Origin: Wallemia ichthyophaga EXF-994
Taxonomy: Eukaryota; Fungi; Basidiomycota
Direction of reading: 5' to 3'
Length of the DNA stretch: 32,000 nt
Assembly (NCBI RefSeq): GCF_000400465.1
Contig: NW_008806282.1
Location: 300,001 to 332,000, forward strand
Shown here in pieces: positions 10,370-22,885 of this stretch. Below the pieces are notes generated by a model, which was given only the letters and a program-made list of their open reading frames with translations, had not been told where the DNA came from and made no database searches. Position 1 is the stretch's first letter; every line of letters begins with the position of its first letter. The position numbers were made by a program, and so were the translations under genes.

Positions 10370-13300
10370 TTACATACTGCTGATGAAGTTGTTCACATCT
10401 AGCGACTCATATTCATCTTCGGGAGGTAAATCTTCGAGACCTTCCAACATATTCTTCTGTGAATTTGGAGCATTGGAATTTCTCTTGCTGTTGTCAGATT
10501 CGTTTTCTGCTCCAGTGGAGAGACTGAATAGATCGAGTACTTGTCCAGTATCCATTGTGTCTAAACTATTATTCTGTTGCGTAACAATTGAGTTAGCAAC
10601 ATTAAGTTTGAAACGTTGCAAGCTATGACAGATTTTGTTATTACTGGTCTAAAACTAAAGGATAAACTTACCCCATTATCTTCTCTTCAAGAGTACCTCT
10701 GGTTATCAATCGATAAACATTGACTGTTTTCTTCTGTCCTAATCTATGTGCCCTATCCATAGCCTGTAAATCACGCTGTGGATTCCAATCGTGTTCCACA
10801 AATATGACTGTATCAGCACCAGTCAAATTCAATCCTAAACCCCCAACATGAGTAGTCAACAACAAAACATCAATACTTGGATCTTGATTGAACTTTTGGA
10901 CAACGGAATGACGACTATCTGCCGGCGTTTGACCATCTAGTCTCATAAATGAAACAGAAGGCATGAGCTTCCTTAAGAGATCGTTCTCTACTATATCTAG
11001 CATTTGCTTCATTTGGCAGAAAATTAGCACCCTATGCTGTGCTACGGTTCCGGTTTCCACGTTAGCTGAATCTTCTGCAGGTTGAACAGTTTCACCGATA
11101 CCACAATCTTGTAGCAGCTGTCTCAATGCTAAAAGTTTTGGTGCGTTGTTTACGTCGCGTATATTACCACCTTTAGATTCTAATGTTTTTATCACTGACT
11201 TATGCTTTGCATTCTGTTCATTGAAGATGAGTGAAGGATGATTGCATAGCTTTCTAAGATACTGCAACGCTTGGAATACATGTTGTTGTTTTTGAGAACC
11301 TTTTTCATCTGTTTTGACCGCTTGATTGGCGTCATCCGCTGCAGAGCTCTTGCCAAATTCTTCATAGAGTTGTTGTTGTAGTTCTGATAGATCGCAATAA
11401 TAATCCTGTATGATTTTGGGTGGTAGATCATCGAGGACATCTTCTTTCAACCTGCGCATAATAAAAGGCAAAATTTGCTTGTGAAGGATTTTTAGTGCGT
11501 TATTTGCAGCTTCTTGTTCTTTTGAAGATGCTTTAGCTTCCCGTGAAGCAAAAATCACTTTGCCAAACTTGTCATTAAAGTGCTTCTCGCTACCTAAAAA
11601 GCCTGGCATCAGGAAGTCAAACAAACTCCATAACTCTAGCACGTTGTTTTGTACGGGGGTACCAGATAGCAATAGTCTATGATGTGCTCTGATCTCTTTC
11701 ACAGCTTTTGTGAGCTTCGTCTTTGTGTTTTTTATCACATGACCCTCGTCCAAAATGCAATATAGCCAATTAACTTTCCCTAAATCGGTTATATCATTTC
11801 GGACAACATCATAAGACATAATGACCACATCATGACGAGGAATTAATTTGCGAAGTTTAATTCTTTCACTAGGACCACCGGTGTAGAGCAGTGGCTTGAT
11901 ATTATTAGCGTATGTCAGCACTTCATGCTTCCAGTGACCAGTTAACGTTGGTGGACAGATAACCAATGATGGTAGGTGCTTGGTGTCAGCAGACTTACTT
12001 TGCTCGTGTTTCATGGCCCTTTCGTGATGCAGACTAGCAAGTATTGTGATTGATTGTAGTGTTTTACCAAGACCCATATCATCACACAAAATACCGTGCA
12101 ATTGATACTTATTCAAAAACGCTAACCAGGAAATCCCTTCTCTTTGATACTTTCTCAAGTCTATATTAAGCTTAATTGGTATTTCATATTCTTCAACTTT
12201 ACTACCATCAAGCAGTTGTGTTAGGAATTTGCGTTCTTCTTCACGTTTCACTAATAACCTTTCAGGGAAATTGACAGGATCGGGTAGGCCAGCCTATGAA
12301 CATATTAGATTTCAAATGATTTCAAATAGGTAACTCACCTCCAACGGGACAAGCTTTACCAGAGTCGCAAACGTACTAGTAGCTAGTTTACGAACGCAGT
12401 CGTCTGCATCGCTGACTCGACCTAGTACTGGAACTACAAGAAACAGAACATAAGGTAGAATTGCAGTTTCGAGCGTGCTAACAATATCTGCGATAAATAA
12501 GCACTATACCTGAAATAGCATTTCACTTACGGTGTATACTTTCGAGAGAACCCTGACGATGATATAAGCAAGAAGAATCTCCTACGAAAGGAACTATGTC
12601 ATCAACAACTCGCAACATGGATTCATTGGTGCATATTTTGCAAATACTAGCTAAAGACTTGCCAGCAGCATATCTAATGACAGCGTAGTTGCTTTTCATG
12701 GCTTGACACAAGTTAGGTAACAATTCAAGTAGCTTGAAGTGTAGACTTGAGTCGACATTTTCAACAACCATCCTGAATATAGTAAAGGAATCTACTATTT
12801 CTTGTCCTTTTTCAGCTGAAAGTTCGGAACCAACGTGATAATCTGTAAATGAAGCCATGCAATCATAAAGCTTTGAGCACTTATCAAATAGTGCCTGACC
12901 GAATTTCCTAGAGAACTCAGATATTGATTGCAAAGCGCCTCTTTGTATTGTAGTTATACGAGGTAAATCTTTCTCATCTTTCAATACACTCTTCTTTGAG
13001 TTCTGATTAGCTGAGGCTGCTACTTTCGCTTCTGTCTCTTCTATCATTAAAGTCATCGAACCCTCACGCAATTTGCTATTGATCGTAAAAATTGGTGTGT
13101 CTGACTCATTCTGACATGCAAAGGTGCAAAGATTTTTTATTATCTTTTCACTTGGATTGGCTTTAGCCGAAGGCAGGCAACAAAGTTCAATTAGGTTCGC
13201 AAGTGCTCTGGCGGCCCGTTGTTGTATATCCATGTTATCTTCTGTCTGTTTTCGTATTAGAATATCTTGATATGTTGGATCTTATGACTCACTTTAATGC

Positions 13301-16087
13301 TGTTCATGATGCTTCTTATGACAGGGTTAAGCTTGGCTGGTAGCTCCTTCAGAGCAACCACTGCAGCAGCAACAGCAGCGTAAACCTGAGTATCATAACG
13401 ATCTTTACGCGTTTTGTAGAATTGAATGGTCGACATGGTTTTCTTTTTTCTGTCGTCTATCATACCGACGGTATTCTTTCTACGGCTACTAATGTTATGG
13501 ATGGCATTATCGTAATCAACTCCCATTAAATGGTCAGCTATCGATAGAGAAAATGCTCCTTCGATGGTTCCTGTTGGATCTATTTCATTTGGTATTGAAG
13601 GTAACGAATCTTTCTTAAGTTTACCATCGTTAATGAGGGAGCTATAGACTATTTGACATTCATTACGGATTTGCGATAACATTAGCCCCATCTCTGAATA
13701 TGTCGTCGGCGTATCACCCAGCAAAATATCAACAAGCTGCTTTTTTAGTAACTTTGCCAGTGAGTTATCTGACAGGTCAGATTTGCTAAAAGTAGCCCAA
13801 TCTTCAATTAAAGCAGCTGCCAGTTGTTGATGAAGAGCGTAGGTCGAACCAACATATGCAGGTATTAGGCCACAGAACGACACCTCTTGAGACTCACTTG
13901 GCCAGTCCGCCAATATTCTAGCTAAAGCATTGACAGCCGCATATCTGCTTTTGAGTATATTTTCAACGCTAACTAGTGATAGGTCTTGTGTCATCATGTT
14001 TTTGTCGATGTTATGAACGTTCTGATTAACATTCTGATTATGTATACCACTAGACTTCACGAAGAAATTACTATCCATTGGCAGACCGATAGGAGTCATG
14101 ACAATAGCAAACCAACCCTGTAAATGATTGAACAAGTATTGATGAATTTCTTCGGACTTTGTATTATCGACAGCGCAATGGAAGAGGTCTAGAGAAGCAT
14201 TGCGAATGTCACTCCGCTCTTCAAGTATGACGTTCTGGTAAACGAATCGGAGAAAGTTATCATCAATCCAGCTATTTGGTAGCGTAGGTGTTTTGACGAA
14301 TTTTATAAGAGTATGAACGACAGCTATCCGAACAGATGCTATGGTATGACGGAAGAATGGATATAAGCGTGAAATCAGCTCAGGTAACGGTGGTCGAGAC
14401 GAATTTTGAGGATTGAGAAGTACTTCCATTATGCTATCATATGCAATAAACTCAGCCAGTAAACCCATTACGATTCCAGTACTACTGCAAAGATCATCTT
14501 TTAACTGAGTGAAACTATCCCAAATGGCATCAAGAATTTGAGGAACACATTCGAAAAGTGTGTTCATGACTACTCCGACTATAGGCTGAAGAGTTGATGC
14601 GGCAACTGCTCTTACGTCGTCGTCTGAATCATTTAAACCAAGTATAACAGCGTCAACCACCTTTCTCAGCATCTCGTTTCTGTTTTTATCAAGTTGATTC
14701 TTCTTGACAGCAACAAAGTATTTCAAGCCTAGCAAACCTGCATGACGAACCTCCCAAACAAAACCTTTATCACCTTTCTTTGCCGGAGACATGCTGTCGT
14801 TTGATGCGTACGACTGGTAAATCATAGTATGCAGTATGGTGTGGACGTGCTCAGTTGAAGTTTCATCCATGTGTAATACGAGAGAAGCAAGCGTCTGGGA
14901 GGCTGTCTCTCTCACTGGACATACTACTTGATCTGAGATGAAATCACCAAATCTATCGAGTATTAAAACGCAAAGAACGTTAGCAGCCATATTTTCCATC
15001 CATACTGTGTGATTGAGTGAATTGTCTTCGGGTTTTGCTTCTACTATCATACCACCGCCAGCTCCTTGAATTTTAAACAATTCTCTCAAACCAACAGCGG
15101 CACCATGTCTTAATTCCCAAGAAGAGCTCAAGAGGTCGAGTTGCATAACATCAGCCAGGGCACCAAATGGATATTCACCAGGAGGCCGCTCGATAAAGCT
15201 AGTTGTAGATTTATTCGCCTTTTCTTCAGCTTCTCTCTCTGCAGCCTTAGCTTTAGGGTCGACAACTAATGATTCTTGTGAAGGCTTGACATCTTCTGTA
15301 CTTTCAACTTTAACTGAGGTGTTCGGTTCATTTACTCTGACTTTTGTTGAAGGTGTATTGGTAGGCTGGCCCAATTTCCGCTTGCGCTTTAGACGATTTC
15401 TCTCCCTCGCAGACAAAGCAGACATGTTCTCTTCAACGGCATCATCTTGAGAGTGTGATTGAGACTGTGGAATTGTGGGGCCAGACACAGACGGTTGCTG
15501 AGGTTGCTGAGTTTGCTGAGTTTGCTGGTTATGACTGACAGACAACTCGTCTTCAACGTTGAAACCAAAACTTTCGTTAGGCTCTAAGAAACCTAAACCG
15601 AGTCTATTAGCAGCTTCTGACTTTGCTGATTGTAAGTTTGCAGTGTTTAACGAAGCGTATTCTTGACCGGTAGACGCCAAAAGTTTGTTATCATTCTGAG
15701 AAAGATCGTTAACATTGAGTAAACGAAGATTAGAAGTTAAGTTTGCGGTTATAACTGAGTTGTCTGTAAAAGGCTTCCAAGTCCCTGATAGCTTGAGGAT
15801 TGACTCAATAGCAAGAGAAGCAGCGATTCTAGTATCCCAATTCTTTGAGCGAAGATGAGGGAGAATCTGACAAAGAGATAAATGAAATATAAAAATGAAG
15901 ATAAATTGAATCTCACTTTGAAGATAAGTCTAACAGCTTCAATCCATTCACCCTCAACGCCAACGTATCCGTCATCGTTGCCAACGCTGAGCTTAGAAAT
16001 CTGGCCAAGTTGCTTTGCTGCTGTTTGTTTTATTGAAGGCGTTGAACCAGTTTCAATAATCTGAATTAATTTATCAAGCCGTGACAT
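10370..16087 (-). CDS. MOT1: TBP-associated SNF2-family ATPase Mot1/BTAF1 (6 exons)
   Basis: N-terminal MSRLDKL..TGSTPSIKQTAAKQLG, LRSKNWDTRIAA, WELRHGAA, DFISDQVVCPVRET and HEAT region. Helicase motifs DDMGLGKT, LDEGH, LSGTPVQN, RLDG and QAMDRAHRLGQ. The ORF pieces join across five GT-AG introns. Confidence 0.96.
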
Positions 16088-16287
16088 ATTCTAAGCTAAA
16101 GGTTCATATGTCGACTCTAGAGGCTGATGGTGGTTGAGGATCGAAATGCAGAATAAATTCCCTTTAAAATCAATTTGAGATTAATTTGAATTCATTCATA
16201 GCTTATTTATTCTCCTTTATTTAATTTACACTTTCCCTGTACGTGATTTGATCTTTTTCCTTCAATTCCACCAACAACTTTATTCAA

Positions 16288-17351
16288 ATGCGGGAACTGC
16301 CTTCTACACCCAATTCTAGGCCTCCTTTACCAAAGCCTCCACTGAAATCTATCACTGCCTCTTCTAAGAAACTCCCTTCGACACCTCACCCACAAACCCA
16401 TTTCAATCTTCCTCCTTCTTCTTCCCTTCCTCCTGTACCAAGCTCTAGTAGGCCTCCTTTACCTTCGTTACCCAACTCCCCTCCGCCTCTGCCCGCAAAA
16501 TCTCCCTTAGTTTCATCCGCTCCATTATCAAGCACCTCTTCCAACCCAATTTCAAAGCCAGAGTCTTCGTACACAGCAAAATCCTTGGCCTTAGGTCTTT
16601 CAACTTGCCATGGATGCGGTAAAGTTGTTATTGAGGGTCGAGTTGTAAATGCAATGAATGCTCATTGGCATCCAGACTGCTTCAAGTAGGTTTAATTAGC
16701 TTTACGTTTATTTCCGTTTATCCCAATTGACTCCTTTAGATGCGCTCAGTGCGGTGAGGCCTTAGAACACGTCGAATACTTTGAGCATGAAGGGAAGCCA
16801 TACTGTCATTTGGATTATCATGAAGTCTGTCATTCCTAATCATATGATTCAAGCTTACAATCCATCACAGAACTTTTCTCCTTACTGCTTCCACTGTCAA
16901 ACTCCAATACTTGAAGCCAACTTTATCACAATAAACGATGATGCTTTCACTGAATCTAATGGTCCAAGTCGACGACTGTATCATTTGAATCATTTCTTCT
17001 GTGTACAGTGTGGTGACCCTTTCTTGGACCCTTCAAGTGACTTTAAAACGTTGGACAAGCCATACACCATGTTTAAAGGTCATCCATATTGTGAGGGATG
17101 TCACAATAGACTACATATGCCTAAATGCAAAACATGTGGTAAATCTGTAACTGAGGATGCTGTAGATGCCTTGGGTAGCTTGTTTCATCTCCAGTGTTTT
17201 GTTTGTGAAGTGAGTTTGACTTTCTCTATTTACAAATTCTTACAACTTTCAGGGATGTCAATTGCCTTTTAATGATCATGCCTTCTTCGAGCAAGTTGGT
17301 AAACCATGGTGCGAGGCTTGCTTCGATATTCTCATACGCAATCTCGTCTAA
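16288..17351 (+). CDS. Paxillin-like protein: proline-rich N-terminus plus four LIM zinc-finger domains
   Basis: CHGC...WHPDCFKCAQC...YCHLDY, CFHC...YHLNHFFCVQC...YCEGCH, CKTC...FHLQCFVCEGC...WCEAC. Three introns; stop TAA 17349-17351. Confidence 0.88.
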
Positions 17352-17585
17352 TGTCACATCGATATATAACGGATAATTGAATCACCTATTTCTCCCTCTC
17401 GTACTATCTATCATGTACATATTTATAACACTTTGTAATACTAGTTAATGTAATGTCAATAATGTTAATTATATCGAGTATATCAATGTTTATACCACTT
17501 TAATAGAACAGATTATCACTGAAAGCCAGGATCCTTAATGCTCAAATTGCTTTAAATGCGTCTCGTTATTGTGAATCTATAATTT

Positions 17586-19192
17586 CTAATACTTTGCTAA
17601 AATTTTTCTCGATCCCAGAAAGCGTGCCAACAGAACAACAACACATGCTGCTAAGCATGTTCCGCCGATATAAAACTTTTGTATCGGAATCAGCATTATT
17701 TTGAACCATATTTGAAACTTACCTCGCCTGGCTTGTACGCATCAGCACCAGCTGCTACACCGCCAAGCTTCTCTAGCAATAAACCGCTAACAAAAGAGCC
17801 CAAAAAGTATCCTGGACTTGAGCCTAACTCAAACAGGACAATTCCTGCTTGTATTCTGTACGTTTCAATAGATTGTCCAATACAAGGAACCTCTACGAAA
17901 ATTATTAACTTAAACTTGAAAACTTCTCATTGTACTCACGTAAACTGAACACACCACCACATCCAATACCTACGAGTGCTACTACTACAGCTAATGGACC
18001 AATAGATGTCGCAAACGGCCAAACAACCAAAGCACCTAAACCTGCCAAAAGATAACTCAAAATCAGTGAGTTGATATTTCCACAGGCATCTGCTAGAGCT
18101 CCGAGTCCCAATCTACCAGCTGCAGATGCGAGATTGTAGCCAACGCTAAATGATGCTCCTTGTGAGTCAGAAAGACCAAGACTTCTGGCATAAGTAGGTA
18201 AAATCTATAAATTGTTTGAGATTCTTAAATAGTCAGTAACTTATTTACCTACTGTTGGAAACGCAAAAAAAGGCCATGAGGCAAGGATTTGAGCCAAAAT
18301 AATGCACAAAAATAATCTGCTTTTGAGTGCGTATTTGATATCTTGTAAAAGTGATGGCCTAGGTGGATCCTCAACACCAACTTTGAGCATTAAGGACGCC
18401 GGAATTGTGAAGATGAGTGAAACCATGCCAAGTATACGTAGTGACCAAGACAGACCGAGCTTTTCTGTCAAATGGACTGCAGCTAGACTGAGAATAGCGC
18501 CGCCTATGCCACCTCCAGCTGAGTTGATACCACAAGCCAAGGCTCTTCGCTTTTCAAACCATGTAGCCGGTAAACCAGTGACGCTCTAAGCTCAAGTCAG
18601 ATCAAGATGAGTAGGACAACGATAAACAAACAATCAAGCAACAAGCTAATCCTACACCAACAACCAATCCTTGAGTCGCGAATAAGGTTGGTAAACTGTT
18701 TGTAGCGAAACTTGAAGCAATCTGACCAACACCTAGTAAAATAGAACCAAATAAAGCGACATGTTTATGAGATGTGTACTTGATTGCTAGCATACCAGGA
18801 ACAGAAAGGAGGGCCATGGTACCTGTAGCAAGACCGCTCACAAAAGCTAACTTCCAGGTTGGAGCGACGCCTCGTTTCTCCAATTCAGATTGATAAACAC
18901 CAAAGCTATAGACTTGACCTAGATAGAAGAAGTTGATAGTTGTACAAGCCGCCAAAACCCACCAGCCACGACCACCTTCGCGATAACGATTGCCTTGAAG
19001 GTAGTCTAAGCGCTGATCGAGGTTGTAGAAGCGATAATCAATATGATTGAGAGATCTTTCTTCATTGTTATCATTATTCTTGTTGAGGATGAGATTATCG
19101 ACAGAGCCAGCGTCTGTATCGACGGAAGACCTTGGACTACCGGACAGATTAAGAGAATCGTTTGACTGGAGCCTTAGCATATGAACCGGCAT
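17586..19192 (-). CDS. MFS monocarboxylate-transporter-like protein (MCH/MCT family), multi-exon
   Basis: GWWVLAAC...YSFGVYQSEL, GLVVGVG, GINSAGGGIGG, multiple hydrophobic helices. Last exon 17675-17586 reads FYIGGTC...ILAKY*. Confidence 0.85.
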
Positions 19193-19578
19193 CGTTATAA
19201 CTCAATCAATGAGCAAGCCGATTAATCTGCGCATAAAGTTCATTCTTCATACATACCATACCGATTCAACTTCAAATGTTTAAGTGAAATGCTGCGCCGC
19301 ACTAAAGCAACTACGTAACTATGCAATATTCAAATATCAATCTGTATTTCTTTATGTACCTGAGTTTTTAATTGACTCAAGCTTGATCAAGTTATAGATT
19401 ATTATCAAAGAGTGTTTTTGACCTTAAAGACATCACGAAGTCATAATATCAACATTTTAAGGCGCTCAACCACTGTGCATTTCTTCGGTTTTACAATGTA
19501 TTGAGAAAAGAATAGAATTTTAAGCAGAAGCCCTAAAAATTTTGTTAGACGAAACGAAAGAGGAATAAAGGAATAAAT

Positions 19579-20342
19579 TTACTTCTTGGCAGCCTTTTGC
19601 TGTCTGATCTCAGCGAGCTTCTCCTTCTTTTCAGCTTGACGCTTGGCAAGGATTTGTTGGTACTCAGCAACAACCTCCTTTTGAGATTCAGTGTTACGAC
19701 GAGCAACTGAACGGAGATGACGACGACGTTGAAGACGTTGTGGGGTGACCAAACGTTGGATCTTTGGTGCTTTAGTGTATGGCTTAGCACCCTCCTTCTT
19801 TGGTTGAACCTCACGACGGATAACGAACTTGCGGACGTCGTCCTCCTTTGAGAGGTTGAAGAACTTGCGGATCTTGGTGGCTCTCTTTGGACCAAGACGC
19901 TTTGGAAGGGTAGCGTCAGTGAGACCAGGGATTTCCTGTTCACCTTGCTTGACGATTGCAACCGAGAGGACAGCAATGTCCGTGTTGACAATACAACCAC
20001 GAACAGACTTCCTACGACGCTCACCGGTTCTACGAGGTCTGTAGCAAGAGTGACCAGCCTTGAGCAAGAGCTTAACTCTGTGTGGGAGCAAAACACCTTG
20101 CTTCATTGGGAAACCTTGCTTGTCGTTACCACCGGTGATTCTGAAAATGTAGCCCTTCCACTCATCACCGATTGAGTCAGCTGGAACTTCTTGTGACATT
20201 CTCTTCTCCAAGAAGACACGGAAACGACGCTCATCGTCGATGTTGATGGTCTTTTGAAGACCAGTCTGTGGGTTGGCGATGTTGAGCTTCACTGTGAGGG
20301 AAATTAGGCTTATTTGAATAGAATGAAGATTTGAGACTGACT
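19579..20342 (-). CDS. RPS6: 40S ribosomal protein eS6
   Basis: [55 protein letters not shown]. The ATG is A(20342) plus TG(20291-20290) across a 50-nt intron (gtcagt...cctaat...cacag). Confidence 0.97.
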
Positions 20343-20879
20343 TATGGCCTTGCTGTGCTATGTAAGAATCGAGGTGAGCGTATAAATAAATACCTACGTG
20401 ACTCCTTCAAGCTAAGTTAAAACTATTTTCTTATTCATTCTTCTTACTTACAACTGCGTTCGTGGCGTGCAACAACATTTCCTCATCAAAAATCCTCAGC
20501 AATATCTCGAGAAAAAAAATTCTTAAAGAGGGCGGAATAAAGATGTTTGTATATTTATTTATTGAGTGCATCATCAGGCTATGTATTGTGCTTATTATTA
20601 TACAGTTCTGTTCAATTTGTGCGGGAGTGATGGTACTGATATCTCACCACCGAGGATACACGGCGAGCGTTGTTGAAGTGAGTTAATGTGTACACTAAGC
20701 CCAGCTCCACCCAATCCCAACGCTTTCTGTATTTCTCAATTTTATCTTGAATTTTCACCAACTCCTTCCCTCAAGTCTCAAAAATTATTTTTTCAGCGTC
20801 TTCAGCAGCCACAAGCACCTTCAAGTCGTAAGTAAAATACTTAAATTATACCCACAGGCACTCACAGTAGTTATAGAAC

Positions 20880-21508
20880 ATGGGGTACGTCTATAAATTC
20901 ATCAGGTTGTCCAACTCGTATGCAGTTTGATGGTCTTCTCGTCTCAACACTGCAACGGTGCTCAACCTGTGCATACTTGCTGGGGACTCTGCTGACCACA
21001 AGTCTTCTAGTCGTATGCACAATCCTTCAAAGGGTATTTGTAAGTAGACACTCCATTCCTCTACATGATTTAACCTTGCACTCAAGCCTCATCCGCCCTC
21101 CCTTACCGTCGCAACCCACCTTCATGGCTCAAGGCTACTCCAGAGGATGTTAAGGACTTGATCATTAAGCTCGCTCGTAAGGGTCTTTCACCTTCTCAAA
21201 TCGGTGTCATCCTCCGTGATCAACACGGTGTTCCACAAACCCGTTTCGTCACTGGTAACAAGATTCTCAGAATCCTCAAGTCTCAAGGTTTGGCCCCTGA
21301 ATTACCAGAAGACTTATACTGTCTCATCAAGAAGGCCGTCTCCGTTCGTAAGCACCTCGAGCGTAACCGTAACGACAAGGACTCCAAATTCCGTCTCATC
21401 TGTATCGAGTCTCGTATCCACCGTCTTACTCGTTACTACAGACGCGCCCAAGTTGTTGCACCAACCTTCAAGTACGAATCTCAAACCGCTTCCACCTTAG
21501 TTGCCTAA
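20880..21508 (+). CDS. RPS13: 40S ribosomal protein uS15 (S13), 3 coding exons
   Basis: Exons 20880-20884, 21011-21039, 21087-21508 give [20 protein letters not shown]...[16 protein letters not shown]...[20 protein letters not shown]. Confidence 0.96.
20885..21010 (+). promoter_or_regulatory. Long (126-nt) structured first coding intron of RPS13
   Basis: About 2.5x the local intron length. Contains complementary segments CAGGTTG/CAACCTG, GTATGCA/TGCATAC and TGCAGT-TTGA/TCAA-C-ACTGCA. A regulatory role is inferred. Confidence 0.5.
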
Positions 21509-21861
21509 GCGAGGTTTTGCTTGTACTTGATAAATATTGTGTTAGCTTCTACTTTCTGTTAGATTTTTGTCTTGGCTTGTTCTGTCGAATATTTATTTAA
21601 TGCAAATTTGTGTTTAGAGTAAAATTTTCAAGACTATAAATTCTCATCATCATCTCTTATACCTCTTTAAGATATTTGATGCTAGAAATCTAAACCAACT
21701 AAGTTAAACTCAGATTTAGTTGTTTTTTCATTCTAGCTATATTAAAGGGTGAATTTCTAGTATTACAATGCTTCTTAAATGCATTATAATCCCGTGTTCA
21801 TCCAACATATATAGCATCAGTATTATGTAAAGAGCATATGTTTCTAATGCATTAAATTTAT

Positions 21862-22658
21862 TCAAATTAAATACTTTCTTCTAAAGTAGCTTCTTAAATG
21901 GCTTACTTGCCAGACACCCAACACGAATAGCACGGCAAGCGTAATCATTCCAAAGTTCTTCACTCTAGTGTTAGTTGATTCTGCGTGATTGACTTAGATG
22001 TCTTATTATTTGGTTTGGATATACGTACCATTCGTATCGCGCATTCTTTCTTCACGTTTCTTGAGATAATTCATATCAGCAACTATTTCCCTCGTCATTT
22101 GCTCCAATTTGCGCATGTCAGTCTCTATCGTTGAGAGATTCTCCTGATTGGCTATTGCGTTGTAATCAATGGCTTCTGCACCAACATCGATATCAAGGTC
22201 AATGGTCGATTCGTAGCTATTTTGTGTATGCGCTGGTACGTCTATTCAATCATCAATGATGGGTTTCAATATCCTCTATATTCAACTCACTTTCGATCAA
22301 GTAATTGCTGAAGCAAACACCAATATCTGCATGCTGGTGTGTTGTAACAGCAAGCCTAGTTTCACCTTTTATATCCTTCTTATGAAGATAAGTGAAGCGT
22401 TCTTTTGATCCATCTAGTATCTCAACATCTACTCTATTTTCTTGTAAATTTCACAGTAGATACTTTGAAGATACTCCCAACGCACCTCTGCTTTGGTCCT
22501 GCATTCACGTTCGCAGTAACAACTACTAATGTGTCTGCGTTGGCGTAATGCCATATACACTTCGACTCTGGGTATTGGGCTGCTGATAAATCGAATTTTA
22601 TTGCATTTGCTAAAGTGATAAAAAGGAATATGAGGGATATTGTCCAGTCTACTCTCAT
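21862..22658 (-). CDS. ERV25: p24/emp24/gp25L family cargo receptor (Erv25/TMED10-like)
   Basis: Signal peptide followed by IKFDL...KCIW, VCFSN, DIDVGAEAIDYNAIANQENLS, MNYLKKREERMRDTN, a TM helix and the tail HLRSYFRRKYLI*. Confidence 0.9.
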
Positions 22659-22885
22659 CTGATTGACGTCGCAACGGTTGTACAAAAACAAGAGTAAAGA
22701 TTGGTCGTATTCTTTGCAAAGAGCAGCACTTTTATTTTCTTTGAGTGTTTAAAAATGTATTTTACCAACCTTTTTGCACATCTTCTACTCTTGTTTGCAA
22801 TTAATATCACTAGACCAACAAACCGAAACAAAGCACAACATAATACTTTAACTGTTAAGGAATACTACTATTTATCTAGAATTAA

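Noticed and set aside
12488-12530. Internal CAG|GT in a MOT1 intron resembling a recursive or twin-intron site
   Set aside because: The resulting 21- and 22-nt pieces are too short for spliceosomal introns.
19545-21500. Overlapping ORFs on RPS6 and RPS13 (183, 71, 76, 98 aa)
   Set aside because: Shadow ORFs expected from the strong codon bias of ribosomal protein genes; no motifs.
21855-21870. ERV25 tail ends YLI*, where one fewer T would give YLIE*
   Set aside because: Either ending is compatible with p24 tails; there is no evidence of a frameshift.
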